DNA of 64,000 nucleotides, taken from positions 1 through 64,000 of IMG/VR virus record IMGVR_UViG_3300012016_000001, one strand, 5' to 3'. The stretch is from a virus (Duplodnaviria > Heunggongvirae > Uroviricota > Caudoviricetes). A program made the translations under genes and the position numbers. Of the stretch, positions 45,922 to 55,134 are shown piece by piece. Every line of letters begins with the position of its first letter. Position 1 is the first letter of the stretch. Below the pieces are notes generated by a model. That model was not told where the DNA came from, ran no database searches, and saw only the letters and a list, made by a program, of their open reading frames with translations.

Positions 45922-46278
45922 ATGAAAAAGTTTCAAGAATTAATTTCGGATAATACAAGTGCCTCACTAAAGCGTCGTGCTGCTCAAATTTCAACAAGTG
46001 CTGAAATTGCACAACAAAACTTAGTCAATGCTTTAAAGCAAGAAAAAACTAATGTAGAATTAAAGATTGCTAGTCTTACTGATTTAGCTCCAGATTCAAC
46101 TGAGTCATTACGTCCAGGTTCAAAGGACTGGGATGCAGTAACTTGGGTAAAGAATCTACAAAATGCCAAACAAGAACTTTATCAAATTGAGATTCAACTT
46201 AAGCTTGCCCAAGAAACATTTGACGAATATTTTACTGATAAAGAATGGATGGTATATCTTGTCAAGAAGAACTCATAA
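45922..46278 (+). CDS. hypothetical protein
   Basis: 118-aa ORF. Confidence 0.4.
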   Translation: MKKFQELISDNTSASLKRRAAQISTSAEIAQQNLVNALKQEKTNVELKIASLTDLAPDSTESLRPGSKDWDAVTWVKNLQNAKQELYQIEIQLKLAQETFDEYFTDKEWMVYLVKKNS

Positions 46279-46709
46279 CTGAACGTTATGATTATCTTAA
46301 AAAGAATATGACTCCAGACTCCCATCTTTCTATATTCAGTATAGCAAACTGGAAAGACCCATGGGGGTTTGGAAGAGATAATGTAGTAAAAGCTGATGAC
46401 TTATACGCTGAAGTATTACTTTCACTTGGATACGTATCTAATCTTAATGAATGTAATACTTTAAGTGAAGACGAAGATAGTGGTCTTATATTTATTACAT
46501 TAAAATCAAAAGATCAATTTGGAATAGTATATATAGTTGATAGTTATTCAGATCTTCCAGAGTATATTGAGGATTTGTTTAATCACGTTGCTGTTCAAGT
46601 TCCTAATAAAGTTCCAGTTCAACTTAAACAAGTATCTAAACCTAATAAACCAGATAATCTTGTTATTAACAGAATGAAATTATTCAATAATGACTTACCA
46701 ACTCTTTAG
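46245..46709 (+). CDS. hypothetical protein
   Basis: 154-aa ORF. Confidence 0.4.
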   Translation: MDGISCQEELITERYDYLKKNMTPDSHLSIFSIANWKDPWGFGRDNVVKADDLYAEVLLSLGYVSNLNECNTLSEDEDSGLIFITLKSKDQFGIVYIVDSYSDLPEYIEDLFNHVAVQVPNKVPVQLKQVSKPNKPDNLVINRMKLFNNDLPTL

Positions 46710-46989
46710 TAAGGGTATTAAAAAATACCAAGATTTCAATGAAATCTTGGATAAATTGGATGACTTAGGTCTTCATTTAGTTGAATCTAATCTGATAGAA
46801 GATGCATATTCAATATTTGATATTTGGATAGAAAGTATTCTTAATGAAGAAGGTCAAGATTTAATCTATTGGTGGTTATTTGAAGATGTAGAAAAGATTA
46901 TATATGAAGATGGAAAGTCTGATATTAATGTTGAAAAACTAGAAGACTTATATACATATATGCACTCTTTAAATATGTTTAAGTTATAA
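46690..46989 (+). CDS. hypothetical acidic protein
   Basis: 99-aa ORF. Confidence 0.4.
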   Translation: MTYQLFSKGIKKYQDFNEILDKLDDLGLHLVESNLIEDAYSIFDIWIESILNEEGQDLIYWWLFEDVEKIIYEDGKSDINVEKLEDLYTYMHSLNMFKL

Positions 46990-47002
46990 CAATGGGAGAA
47001 AA

Positions 47003-47503
47003 TTGAATATGCTAGACATTGATAACATACATGTTGATTTAGATATAGTATTATCTAAAAAGACTACATTAAAGCAGTTACTTAATCCAACTGAGTTAGC
47101 TTCTTTAAAGTCTAAAGCTATTAAAAACCACTATGATGATGCAGCCATAATGGAAGCAGCTCATAGGCTTATTAAAGAGAACATTGCAGATTACTTAGAT
47201 AATTCTGATTTTCTTGATGCTAATGTAATATTAGAAACAGACCCTTATATAATTAAGGCTATGGAACTAATGCAAGCTAGTCAACGAGACGCTGGAATAT
47301 TACTTGTAGAAAAAGAGTATAAATATCCGGGATGTTGGGTAAATGATATAGCTAATGCATTAAGAGAACTTAAATGTAGTAGTGATATGTATAACACATT
47401 GGTATGGGATGCTTATTATGTACATAATTATACTAATAATGAAAATATCCCGGGATGGAAAAACCTTCAAGATGTGTTAGAAGATTACTATGACACACTA
47501 TGA
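47003..47503 (+). CDS. hypothetical protein
   Basis: 166-aa ORF. Confidence 0.45.
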   Translation: MNMLDIDNIHVDLDIVLSKKTTLKQLLNPTELASLKSKAIKNHYDDAAIMEAAHRLIKENIADYLDNSDFLDANVILETDPYIIKAMELMQASQRDAGILLVEKEYKYPGCWVNDIANALRELKCSSDMYNTLVWDAYYVHNYTNNENIPGWKNLQDVLEDYYDTL

Positions 47504-48708
47504 CATTAGTTACTAGAGACAGTAAAGGTAAAATCAGAGTCGTTGATATATGGACGAATCACGACTCTGATTCCTCTACTATATGTAGAGAGACTTACCA
47601 ATATCTAGGAAAACATACAAGACAACCTGATATTGTAATAGAAGCTGGAAAAGCTGGGCGTGATATTGCAGCACAATGTGAATTACAATTTATGTCTCAG
47701 TTAAAAAGTTATAAAGATAAAGGTTATAAAGAATTAGAAAAAGACATATCTAAGTATACAGAAAAAGAACTAAATGAAATAGTTGGAGATACTATTACTA
47801 ATCAGCATGGTGTACAAAAACCCATGTTAGCTAAGCAAGCTGACAAAGTGTCTCAAAAGGCTATTGATAAAGTTCCTTACTGGTACGCGAGCAGAAAAAT
47901 AGATGGAGTACGCTGTTCTTTCTATTTAGATGGGGATACTATAAGAACATCTAGTAGAGGAGGAGAGGACTACGATTGTGCTTGTATGCACTTTATAAAT
48001 AATGAAAAATTAAAGAAATTCTATGAAAGGCATCCTGGAATAGTCTTAGATGGTGAACTATATAAACACGGACGGAGCCTTCAACAAATCTCAGGCGCTG
48101 CAAGACTTGAAAAGAATGCTGTAGACTGTGACTGGCTAGAATATTATATTTATGACATCGTAGACACTAACAGAACGTTTGAAGAAAGACTTAAAGTGTT
48201 GGCTGCAATTAAATATGAACTTGGACTCGGATTCAATCCAGAAAGAGAATGGAAAGAAGGAGAACTACAGTTCCAAATGGTTCCACAACAAAAGGTGTCT
48301 GGCTTCAAGAATATAAATATACTTCACGATATTTATGTATCAGAAGGATGGGAAGGAGTCGTTATCAGAGACCCATCTAAAGTGTATAGACCTAATGGGC
48401 GTACCAATGATATGATAAAATTTAAGAAGTATAAAGATGCAGAATTTTTAGTTATAGATTATGAACTAGGTCTTAGAGGTACTGAAGATATGACCTTTAC
48501 TTGTACTACTCCTGCTGGACTAGAGTTTAAGGCTAAGCCTTGGGGAGATAGAGCTATTAAAGAGGAATATGTAAAGAACTTTAAAACTAAGTATCAATAT
48601 AAGTTAGCAAAGATTAAGTTTTTCTATTATTCTAACGGAAATAATGAAAAGACTGGAGTTCCACTTCAACCATCACTTATATGTTTCCGTGATAAATCTG
48701 ATATGTAA
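47500..48708 (+). CDS. ATP-dependent DNA ligase
   Basis: Adenylation motif I SRKIDGVR (KxDG), followed by nucleotidyltransferase motifs and an OB-fold region. Confidence 0.85.
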   Translation: MTLVTRDSKGKIRVVDIWTNHDSDSSTICRETYQYLGKHTRQPDIVIEAGKAGRDIAAQCELQFMSQLKSYKDKGYKELEKDISKYTEKELNEIVGDTITNQHGVQKPMLAKQADKVSQKAIDKVPYWYASRKIDGVRCSFYLDGDTIRTSSRGGEDYDCACMHFINNEKLKKFYERHPGIVLDGELYKHGRSLQQISGAARLEKNAVDCDWLEYYIYDIVDTNRTFEERLKVLAAIKYELGLGFNPEREWKEGELQFQMVPQQKVSGFKNINILHDIYVSEGWEGVVIRDPSKVYRPNGRTNDMIKFKKYKDAEFLVIDYELGLRGTEDMTFTCTTPAGLEFKAKPWGDRAIKEEYVKNFKTKYQYKLAKIKFFYYSNGNNEKTGVPLQPSLICFRDKSDM

Positions 48709-48886
48709 TGTTTATAACTATTAGTGATTTTGATGGAAATGTTATAAAGTTAAATAAATCTTTAATAAATAGATTGTTTCCTAATGCCTGTGTAGATATT
48801 AATAGTTATGAAAAAGCTATGGAAACTCTAGGTATTGAATCTTTTGATAAGGTTATAGACGGAAAAATAAAATTACATATTAGAAA

Positions 48887-49162
48887 ATGATTCCTTCTAA
48901 GTTTAAAATTGGAGCACAGTGGTTTACTGTAGAATTTGTAGATGAATTAGATGAAGAATATGGAGAATTTAGCTATACTCCTCCTATTATAAAGATAGCG
49001 AAAACATTAGACGGAGAGGAAATTCCTCAAAACCAGCTAGAAGCAACTTTCTGGCATGAATTTTTTCATGCTTTTCAGTACATGTTTAATTGTGAGACCG
49101 ATGAAACACAAGCTCAATGTTTTTCTAACTTTATGATGGAGTTTTTAGAAACTAGACAATGA
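48887..49162 (+). CDS. hypothetical small protein
   Basis: 91-aa ORF. A 60-aa ORF at 48708-48890 precedes it. Confidence 0.35.
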   Translation: MIPSKFKIGAQWFTVEFVDELDEEYGEFSYTPPIIKIAKTLDGEEIPQNQLEATFWHEFFHAFQYMFNCETDETQAQCFSNFMMEFLETRQ

Positions 49163-50553
49163 AATTACAAGTAAGTAAAAATGCAAACGTAAACTACCTT
49201 TCTAAGGTAATAGAAATAAAAGAATTTGTTAAGCATCCAGATCCCAAAGTTGAAAGAATTAAGTGTGCCGTAGTAGATGGATTTATAATTACAATAGGAA
49301 TAGATAGTCAGCCTGGTAAATATGTCTATTTTCCTGTGTTATCACAGATAAATCCTAATCTATTACAATATCTTAATTTATATAGGAATGCTGAAAAGAA
49401 TAAAGACCCAGAGAAAACTGGATATTTTGAAGATAAAGGAATAGTAAAAGCAATCAACTTAAGAGGTGTAAAATCGGAAGGTTTCCTACTTCCCTTAGTA
49501 GACTTACAAAACTTTATTATAGACCAAGTTAATGTTGATTTAGGAGATGTAGAGGCTAATGTTGAATTTGATGAAGTAGAACATGAAGGTAAAACGTTCT
49601 GGATATCGAAAAAGTACGTCGTCCCTGTTAGAGGTGAAGGAACTCAATCACAAGGTGGAAAAGTACGCAAGCAAAAGAAAGGACTCGATAAAATTATTGA
49701 CTCCCAATTTAGATTCCATTATGACACAGTTATTCTTAAGAAATGTCCTTACGTAATTCAACCCGATGACCTTATACACATTAGCAGCAAGTGGCACGGC
49801 ACTTCTGGTATATCTGCTTACGTGCTATGTCATAAGAAACTTAACTGGAAAGAACGCATCGCTAGATGGTTAACTGGAGAATCATTTGATACTTATGACT
49901 ATATATATGCTTCTCGTACTGTAATTAAAAATAAATATTACAATGAGGGAGTAACGTCAGGTTATTATGATTGCGATGTATGGAAATACGCAGATGAATA
50001 TATTAGACCTTTTCTAGATAAAGGAATGACTGCCTATTATGAAATAGTCGGCTATCTTCCTAATGGAAAAATGATACAAAAAGATTATGATTATGGATGT
50101 GTTCCTCCTGTAAAAATAATTGACCCAAATACAGGTAAAGAGGTAGTTCAATATAAACAAGGAAAACAATTTAAGGTATATGTTTATAGAATAACTCTTA
50201 CTAATGTAGATGGTAAAGTACACGAATTTTCTGCACATGAAGTACAAATATGGTGTAAACAGAGGAGCATTATGCCAGTTCTAGAATACTATTATGGTTA
50301 TGCCAGGGATTTATATCCAGATGCTGTCGGAGATAATTGGTCTGTTAATTTCATGGATAATCTTGCCAATGATAAGAATTTTCATATGGAGCAGAATTCG
50401 CCTGAGTGCATTAATAAAGTTCCTCATGAAGGATTAGTCATTAAGAAAGAATCTATGAAATCAGAGGCTTGGAAAGTTAAGTGTTTTAAATTCTTAGGTA
50501 AAGAACAAGACGCTGCTCTTGCTGGAGAGACTAATATTGAGGACAATGCGTGA
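49159..50553 (+). CDS. putative RNA ligase (Rnl2-like nucleotidyltransferase motif I KxHGT) with N-terminal extension
   Basis: ISSKWHGTSG resembles the T4 Rnl2 lysine-adenylate motif EKIHGTN. The gene lies between the DNA ligase and Pnkp. Confidence 0.4.
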   Translation: MKLQVSKNANVNYLSKVIEIKEFVKHPDPKVERIKCAVVDGFIITIGIDSQPGKYVYFPVLSQINPNLLQYLNLYRNAEKNKDPEKTGYFEDKGIVKAINLRGVKSEGFLLPLVDLQNFIIDQVNVDLGDVEANVEFDEVEHEGKTFWISKKYVVPVRGEGTQSQGGKVRKQKKGLDKIIDSQFRFHYDTVILKKCPYVIQPDDLIHISSKWHGTSGISAYVLCHKKLNWKERIARWLTGESFDTYDYIYASRTVIKNKYYNEGVTSGYYDCDVWKYADEYIRPFLDKGMTAYYEIVGYLPNGKMIQKDYDYGCVPPVKIIDPNTGKEVVQYKQGKQFKVYVYRITLTNVDGKVHEFSAHEVQIWCKQRSIMPVLEYYYGYARDLYPDAVGDNWSVNFMDNLANDKNFHMEQNSPECINKVPHEGLVIKKESMKSEAWKVKCFKFLGKEQDAALAGETNIEDNA

Positions 50554-51395
50554 AACAAATAACGATTAAACAAAGTATTACCAATAGAGATAGGGATTCT
50601 GTTAATCTTTATCTCAAGGATATTGGTAAAGTAAAGCTCTTATCTGCTGAACAAGAAAAAGAAATAGCTCGTAAGGCTAAGGCAGGAGATAAGAGAGCAA
50701 GAGATAGACTTATTGCAGCTAATACTAGATTTGTTATTACAGTAGCTAAACAATATCAAGGACAAGGTCTAGATTTAGAAGATTTAATAAGTGAAGGTAA
50801 TATAGGTCTTATTAAGGCAGCTGATAAATTTGACCCAGATAAAGGATATAAATTTATTTCCTATGCTGTATGGTGGATAAGACAATCTATATTACAAGCA
50901 TTATCAGATAAATCTAGAACTATAAGATTACCTTTAAATCAAGTGGCTATGCTTAATAAAGTAAGAAAAGCTATTTCTGAATTTGCAGGTAAAAATGAAA
51001 GAGACCCTTCAATGAAGGAACTTTCTGAAATTACTGGTATAAATGAATCTAAAATTACTAGTATTCTTAATATGTCAGTACATATGTTATCTGTAGATTC
51101 TCCATTTAAAGATGAAGAAGAAGGTACTCTTATTGATATTATCCCAAATAATAATAGTCCAAAAGCTGATGCAGCACTTATAAAAGCATCTAAAGAGCAT
51201 GACCTTGTTAAGATATTATCTATACTTGGTCCACGTTCTCATGATATAATTCGTATGTACTTTGGACTGGGGGTTAGAGAAATGACTCTAGATGAAATAG
51301 GAAATAAATTTGGAGTTACTAGTGAAAGAATAAGACAGTTAAAGGAAAAAGCGTTAGATGCTATTAAACCAAATGTTCAAAAATATCTAAAGTGA
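50550..51395 (+). CDS. RNA polymerase sigma-70 family sigma factor
   Basis: Region 2 DLISEGNIGLIKAADKFDPDKGYKFISYAVWWIRQSI and region 4 HTH LDEIGNKFGVTSERIRQL. Confidence 0.9.
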   Translation: MKQITIKQSITNRDRDSVNLYLKDIGKVKLLSAEQEKEIARKAKAGDKRARDRLIAANTRFVITVAKQYQGQGLDLEDLISEGNIGLIKAADKFDPDKGYKFISYAVWWIRQSILQALSDKSRTIRLPLNQVAMLNKVRKAISEFAGKNERDPSMKELSEITGINESKITSILNMSVHMLSVDSPFKDEEEGTLIDIIPNNNSPKADAALIKASKEHDLVKILSILGPRSHDIIRMYFGLGVREMTLDEIGNKFGVTSERIRQLKEKALDAIKPNVQKYLK

Positions 51396-51575
51396 GATTC
51401 TTAGTCGAATTTGAAGAAAATATAACTACTCGTAGAATGGTAAGAGCTATAATAGAAGCTGATTCAGAGAAGGATATCAAAGATGAGATATTTGAAGGTA
51501 ACTATGAAGTAGATGATTGTTTTGATTGTTATGATACAGATTGGGAATTCATAAATATAAATAGTATTAAACCTT

Positions 51576-51914
51576 ATGATAAAAACGTGGAAAGTTAAAA
51601 TTTATTGTCCTTACGGAGAGGAAGTTTTTGTTGCTTATGCAGAAGAAAACCCAATAGATAATGAATTAATTTCTTGGGATGAACTGAGGGAGATATATCA
51701 AGAATTATGGGATAGTTATGGATATATAGTAACAGACCATACTGATGCAGATCCAGATGAAGAAGCTTATGAAGAAGAGTGTGAACAACTGTATGAAGAC
51801 TTTATGTGTGATACAGGAGCATCTGCAGAAGAAATGCCTATAGAGAAGATTAAATTATATACATCTAATGGTTCTGACCCAGAAATAATTTACGACGAAC
51901 GAAATGAAAAGTAA
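51576..51914 (+). CDS. hypothetical acidic protein
   Basis: 112-aa ORF. A 68-aa ORF at 51392-51598 precedes it. Confidence 0.35.
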   Translation: MIKTWKVKIYCPYGEEVFVAYAEENPIDNELISWDELREIYQELWDSYGYIVTDHTDADPDEEAYEEECEQLYEDFMCDTGASAEEMPIEKIKLYTSNGSDPEIIYDERNEK

Positions 51915-52584
51915 TTTTATCCATGTTTGCTTTATTATTGATGAAAGTTCATCAATGTACAACTCTGTAAGTGACGTAAAAGGAGGATTCAAGAAGATTA
52001 TAGATGAACAAAAAGCTAATAAAGAAGGTTCTTGTGCTATCTCTATATTTAGATTTGCAACAACTCCAAAAGAGGCTGACTTTATAATGAAAGATGTTAA
52101 CGAAATAGAAGGAAATATAGAATATAATCCTTCTGGTTGTACAGCAATGTATGATGGAATAGGAGTAGCTATAGATGAAATTGGAGAACGTTTAGCCACT
52201 ATGCCTGAAGATGAACGTCCTGAAAAGAACCTTATAGTTATTATGACTGATGGAGAAGAGAACTCTTCCCATATTTATCAACCTTCTAAAGTACATGAGA
52301 TGATTAAGCACCAAGAGCAAAAGTATAATTGGACATTCCTTTATATAGGCACTGATATTACTAATGCTAATGATGCTGATAGAGTAGGAATTGGACGTAA
52401 ATTTGCCACTACAAGAAATAAGATGTATAAAGGTTATAATACTATAAGTAGTATGACTTCTTGTTATAGAGCTACTAAGGGAATGGCAGAAAACAGATAT
52501 GCTGTTATGGACATGTATCTTGATGCTGCAGTTACTGATAGTAATGCGGAATATAAAGCTGATACTGGAATTGAAATAAAATGA
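51904..52584 (+). CDS. vWA domain protein
   Basis: MIDAS-like motif CFIIDESSSM (DxSxS), followed by a Thr and Asp typical of vWA. Confidence 0.55.
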   Translation: MKSNFIHVCFIIDESSSMYNSVSDVKGGFKKIIDEQKANKEGSCAISIFRFATTPKEADFIMKDVNEIEGNIEYNPSGCTAMYDGIGVAIDEIGERLATMPEDERPEKNLIVIMTDGEENSSHIYQPSKVHEMIKHQEQKYNWTFLYIGTDITNANDADRVGIGRKFATTRNKMYKGYNTISSMTSCYRATKGMAENRYAVMDMYLDAAVTDSNAEYKADTGIEIK

Positions 52585-52749
52585 CCTACAGAGTTCATTG
52601 TCACGAGCTAGTCTGGATGAACACTATATATGAAGTAGAAGCAGATTCTCCAGAAGATATAGAAGATATAATACTCTCAGGAGAGGCAAACGAAGTTCAA
52701 GCAGATTTTGATTGTTTAGATCAATGTGATATAGAAAGTATAATACCTA

Positions 52750-53649
52750 TTGATGAATAAAATTATATTATGTCAAGGCATTCAAGGCTCAGGTAAATCT
52801 ACCTGGGCCAAAGCCTGGGCTAAGGAAAACCCAGAGCATAGAGTAAGACTCAATTATGATGACCTACGTAACATGTTAGGAGTTTATTGGGTACCATCTA
52901 GGGAAGATATGCTTAAAGCTATAGAAGAAGCCTTTCTTACTAAGGCTGCAACAAAGAATTGGGATATTGTTATAGATAATATGAACTTGAATCCAAAAAC
53001 TATTGCTAAATATGAGGAATGGGCAGCAGTTAATGGTTATCAACTTGAAAAGGTTCTATTTGATACTCCAGTAGAAGAATGTATAAGAAGAGATGCTATG
53101 CGCCCTAATCCTATTGGTGAAGTAGTTATCAAACGTACTTGGAATACCTATAGAAACTATATAATACAAGAGAGTATTAAAAAGATGAAAGAAAGAGAAC
53201 TTAAACAAGATCCTAATCTTCCACACTGTATTCTTGTAGATATGGATGCTACTCTCTTTTTAAATACTAGTGGGCGTCCTTTTTATGGAGATAATTTGGA
53301 ACCTACTGATATATTAAAAGATGAACCTATTCCAGGTACTATAGCCTTAGTAAAGGCTTATCAAGCTAGTGGTAATCTAGTATTTGGATTAAGTGGGCGC
53401 GAAGATATACAAGGTATTCGTTTGAACACTGAAAAACAATGTGCTAACCAAGGAATATATCTTGATAAATTATTCTTACGTCCAAAAGGTTCTCGTAAAA
53501 AGGGAGACGAGCAAAAGAAAGAACTATTTGAAAAATACATTAAAGGGCAGTTTTATGTAGACTTTGTTCTTGAGGATTCTTCTAAAGTAGTTAAAATGTA
53601 TAGAGATTTAGGACTTACTGTTCTACAACCAAATGAAGGAAAGTTCTAA
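52750..53649 (+). CDS. pnk: polynucleotide kinase / 3'-phosphatase (T4 Pnk-like bifunctional)
   Basis: N-terminal kinase P-loop LCQGIQGSGKST and a C-terminal HAD phosphatase motif ILVDMDATLF (DxDxT). Confidence 0.85.
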   Translation: MMNKIILCQGIQGSGKSTWAKAWAKENPEHRVRLNYDDLRNMLGVYWVPSREDMLKAIEEAFLTKAATKNWDIVIDNMNLNPKTIAKYEEWAAVNGYQLEKVLFDTPVEECIRRDAMRPNPIGEVVIKRTWNTYRNYIIQESIKKMKERELKQDPNLPHCILVDMDATLFLNTSGRPFYGDNLEPTDILKDEPIPGTIALVKAYQASGNLVFGLSGREDIQGIRLNTEKQCANQGIYLDKLFLRPKGSRKKGDEQKKELFEKYIKGQFYVDFVLEDSSKVVKMYRDLGLTVLQPNEGKF

Positions 53650-53782
53650 ACCAATCTATCATGAATAAGATCTATCAAGGATTTATAAATAAAGGATACA
53701 ATAAGGCTCTTAAAGAACTTTTAGAGATTGCTGAGGATATTGATGATACCTATATGATAGAAATTATAAAAAATAAGTTAAA

Positions 53783-54370
53783 ATGGTAGTTATTAAATCA
53801 CAAAGTCAGGTATTCGATAACGGAGCACTTGATATGGCAATGAACCTTTTACACGTACAACAAGGTGAATGGAGTAATTGTCCAAAAGAAAATCTATTTC
53901 TAGACTTTAGAGGAAATCTCTATAAAGATGAAAAAGATAAGTGGAAAATTACGGGATTTGAACTTGATGAAGAGTTTGTAGAAAGAGACTATAAAACTAA
54001 TGAAGTTAAAGGTCCAGCCCACGAATTAGATATGTTTCCAATTGAGAAACTTATTAAATGGGACTTAGACGGTTATATAAAATATCCTCTTATCAATATA
54101 AAATCTATCAAATTCTATTCAGATACATGTAAGAGTTGGAGAGAAAATATTCCTTGTATTACTATAGAAATTGAATCTGATAATGATGAAGCTATAAGAG
54201 AAATCTTTACAATGCTAGCAGGTCTTGCTAATGGTGGTCACTGCTGTGGAGGATATATTAGAGTTAATAAAGATCAAATGTTACATGGTGGGCATGTAGC
54301 TAACTTTGGACTAGATGGAGACGGTTCAGATAGAATATATTATGTCGATGATAAAGAAATGCCCTTATGA
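53783..54370 (+). CDS. hypothetical protein
   Basis: 195-aa ORF. Confidence 0.45.
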   Translation: MVVIKSQSQVFDNGALDMAMNLLHVQQGEWSNCPKENLFLDFRGNLYKDEKDKWKITGFELDEEFVERDYKTNEVKGPAHELDMFPIEKLIKWDLDGYIKYPLINIKSIKFYSDTCKSWRENIPCITIEIESDNDEAIREIFTMLAGLANGGHCCGGYIRVNKDQMLHGGHVANFGLDGDGSDRIYYVDDKEMPL

Positions 54371-54636
54371 AAAATACAGTAACCATTGAACAAGTAAAAG
54401 AAAATATGCAAGATGTAATAGTACGTACTTTAGATGACTTTGGTAAGCCTTGTACTTATGTAACAGTACGTATGAAGAATGGATTTACACTACGTGAATC
54501 TACTACTTGTGTAGATCCAGCTAACTATAACGAAGAAATCGGAAAAGAAATTTGTTTAAGAAAAATTGAAGATAAGATTTGGTTTTTACTTGGATACCAA
54601 CTTCAAGAAGACTTATACCGTAGTGGAGTACTATGA
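54367..54636 (+). CDS. hypothetical protein
   Basis: 89-aa ORF. Confidence 0.4.
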   Translation: MKNTVTIEQVKENMQDVIVRTLDDFGKPCTYVTVRMKNGFTLRESTTCVDPANYNEEIGKEICLRKIEDKIWFLLGYQLQEDLYRSGVL

Positions 54637-54738
54637 AAATGAGAAATTGCTTCGGATGTGGTTATCATAGAATAGAAAAAGATGAGAATGGAATACCATA
54701 TCATTACTGTCACGATAGAGATTGTAGAGTAAACCCAC

Positions 54739-55134
54739 ATGAGCCTGAATGTAATTACGACTAAAGGAAACTTATTGAAGAAGATGACTAAAGAAGAATT
54801 TTTATCTAAACGTACACCAGTATTTGTAGACCCAGAGATTGGGACTATAACACTGGTTAATAATTCTAATTTGAAAGATAAAGATTTTGCAGAAATATTT
54901 TCAAATATAAAAATTAGTTGGCTAGACACAACAAGAGGATACCTACTAGATGATTTTCTGATGTTGTATATAAACGATTATGAAATTCCACGTTTTCATA
55001 TAGGTTGTTGTACTTACTTTTTCAATATGTTTCCTAATATAAACTGGTTAGGATTAGGGTGCAATAAAGGTAAACCTGGAGAAATATGGATACCAAAATT
55101 AATAGTTAGTAAAGGTGATATATGTAGTCTCTAA
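54739..55134 (+). CDS. hypothetical protein
   Basis: 131-aa ORF. Confidence 0.4.
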   Translation: MSLNVITTKGNLLKKMTKEEFLSKRTPVFVDPEIGTITLVNNSNLKDKDFAEIFSNIKISWLDTTRGYLLDDFLMLYINDYEIPRFHIGCCTYFFNMFPNINWLGLGCNKGKPGEIWIPKLIVSKGDICSL

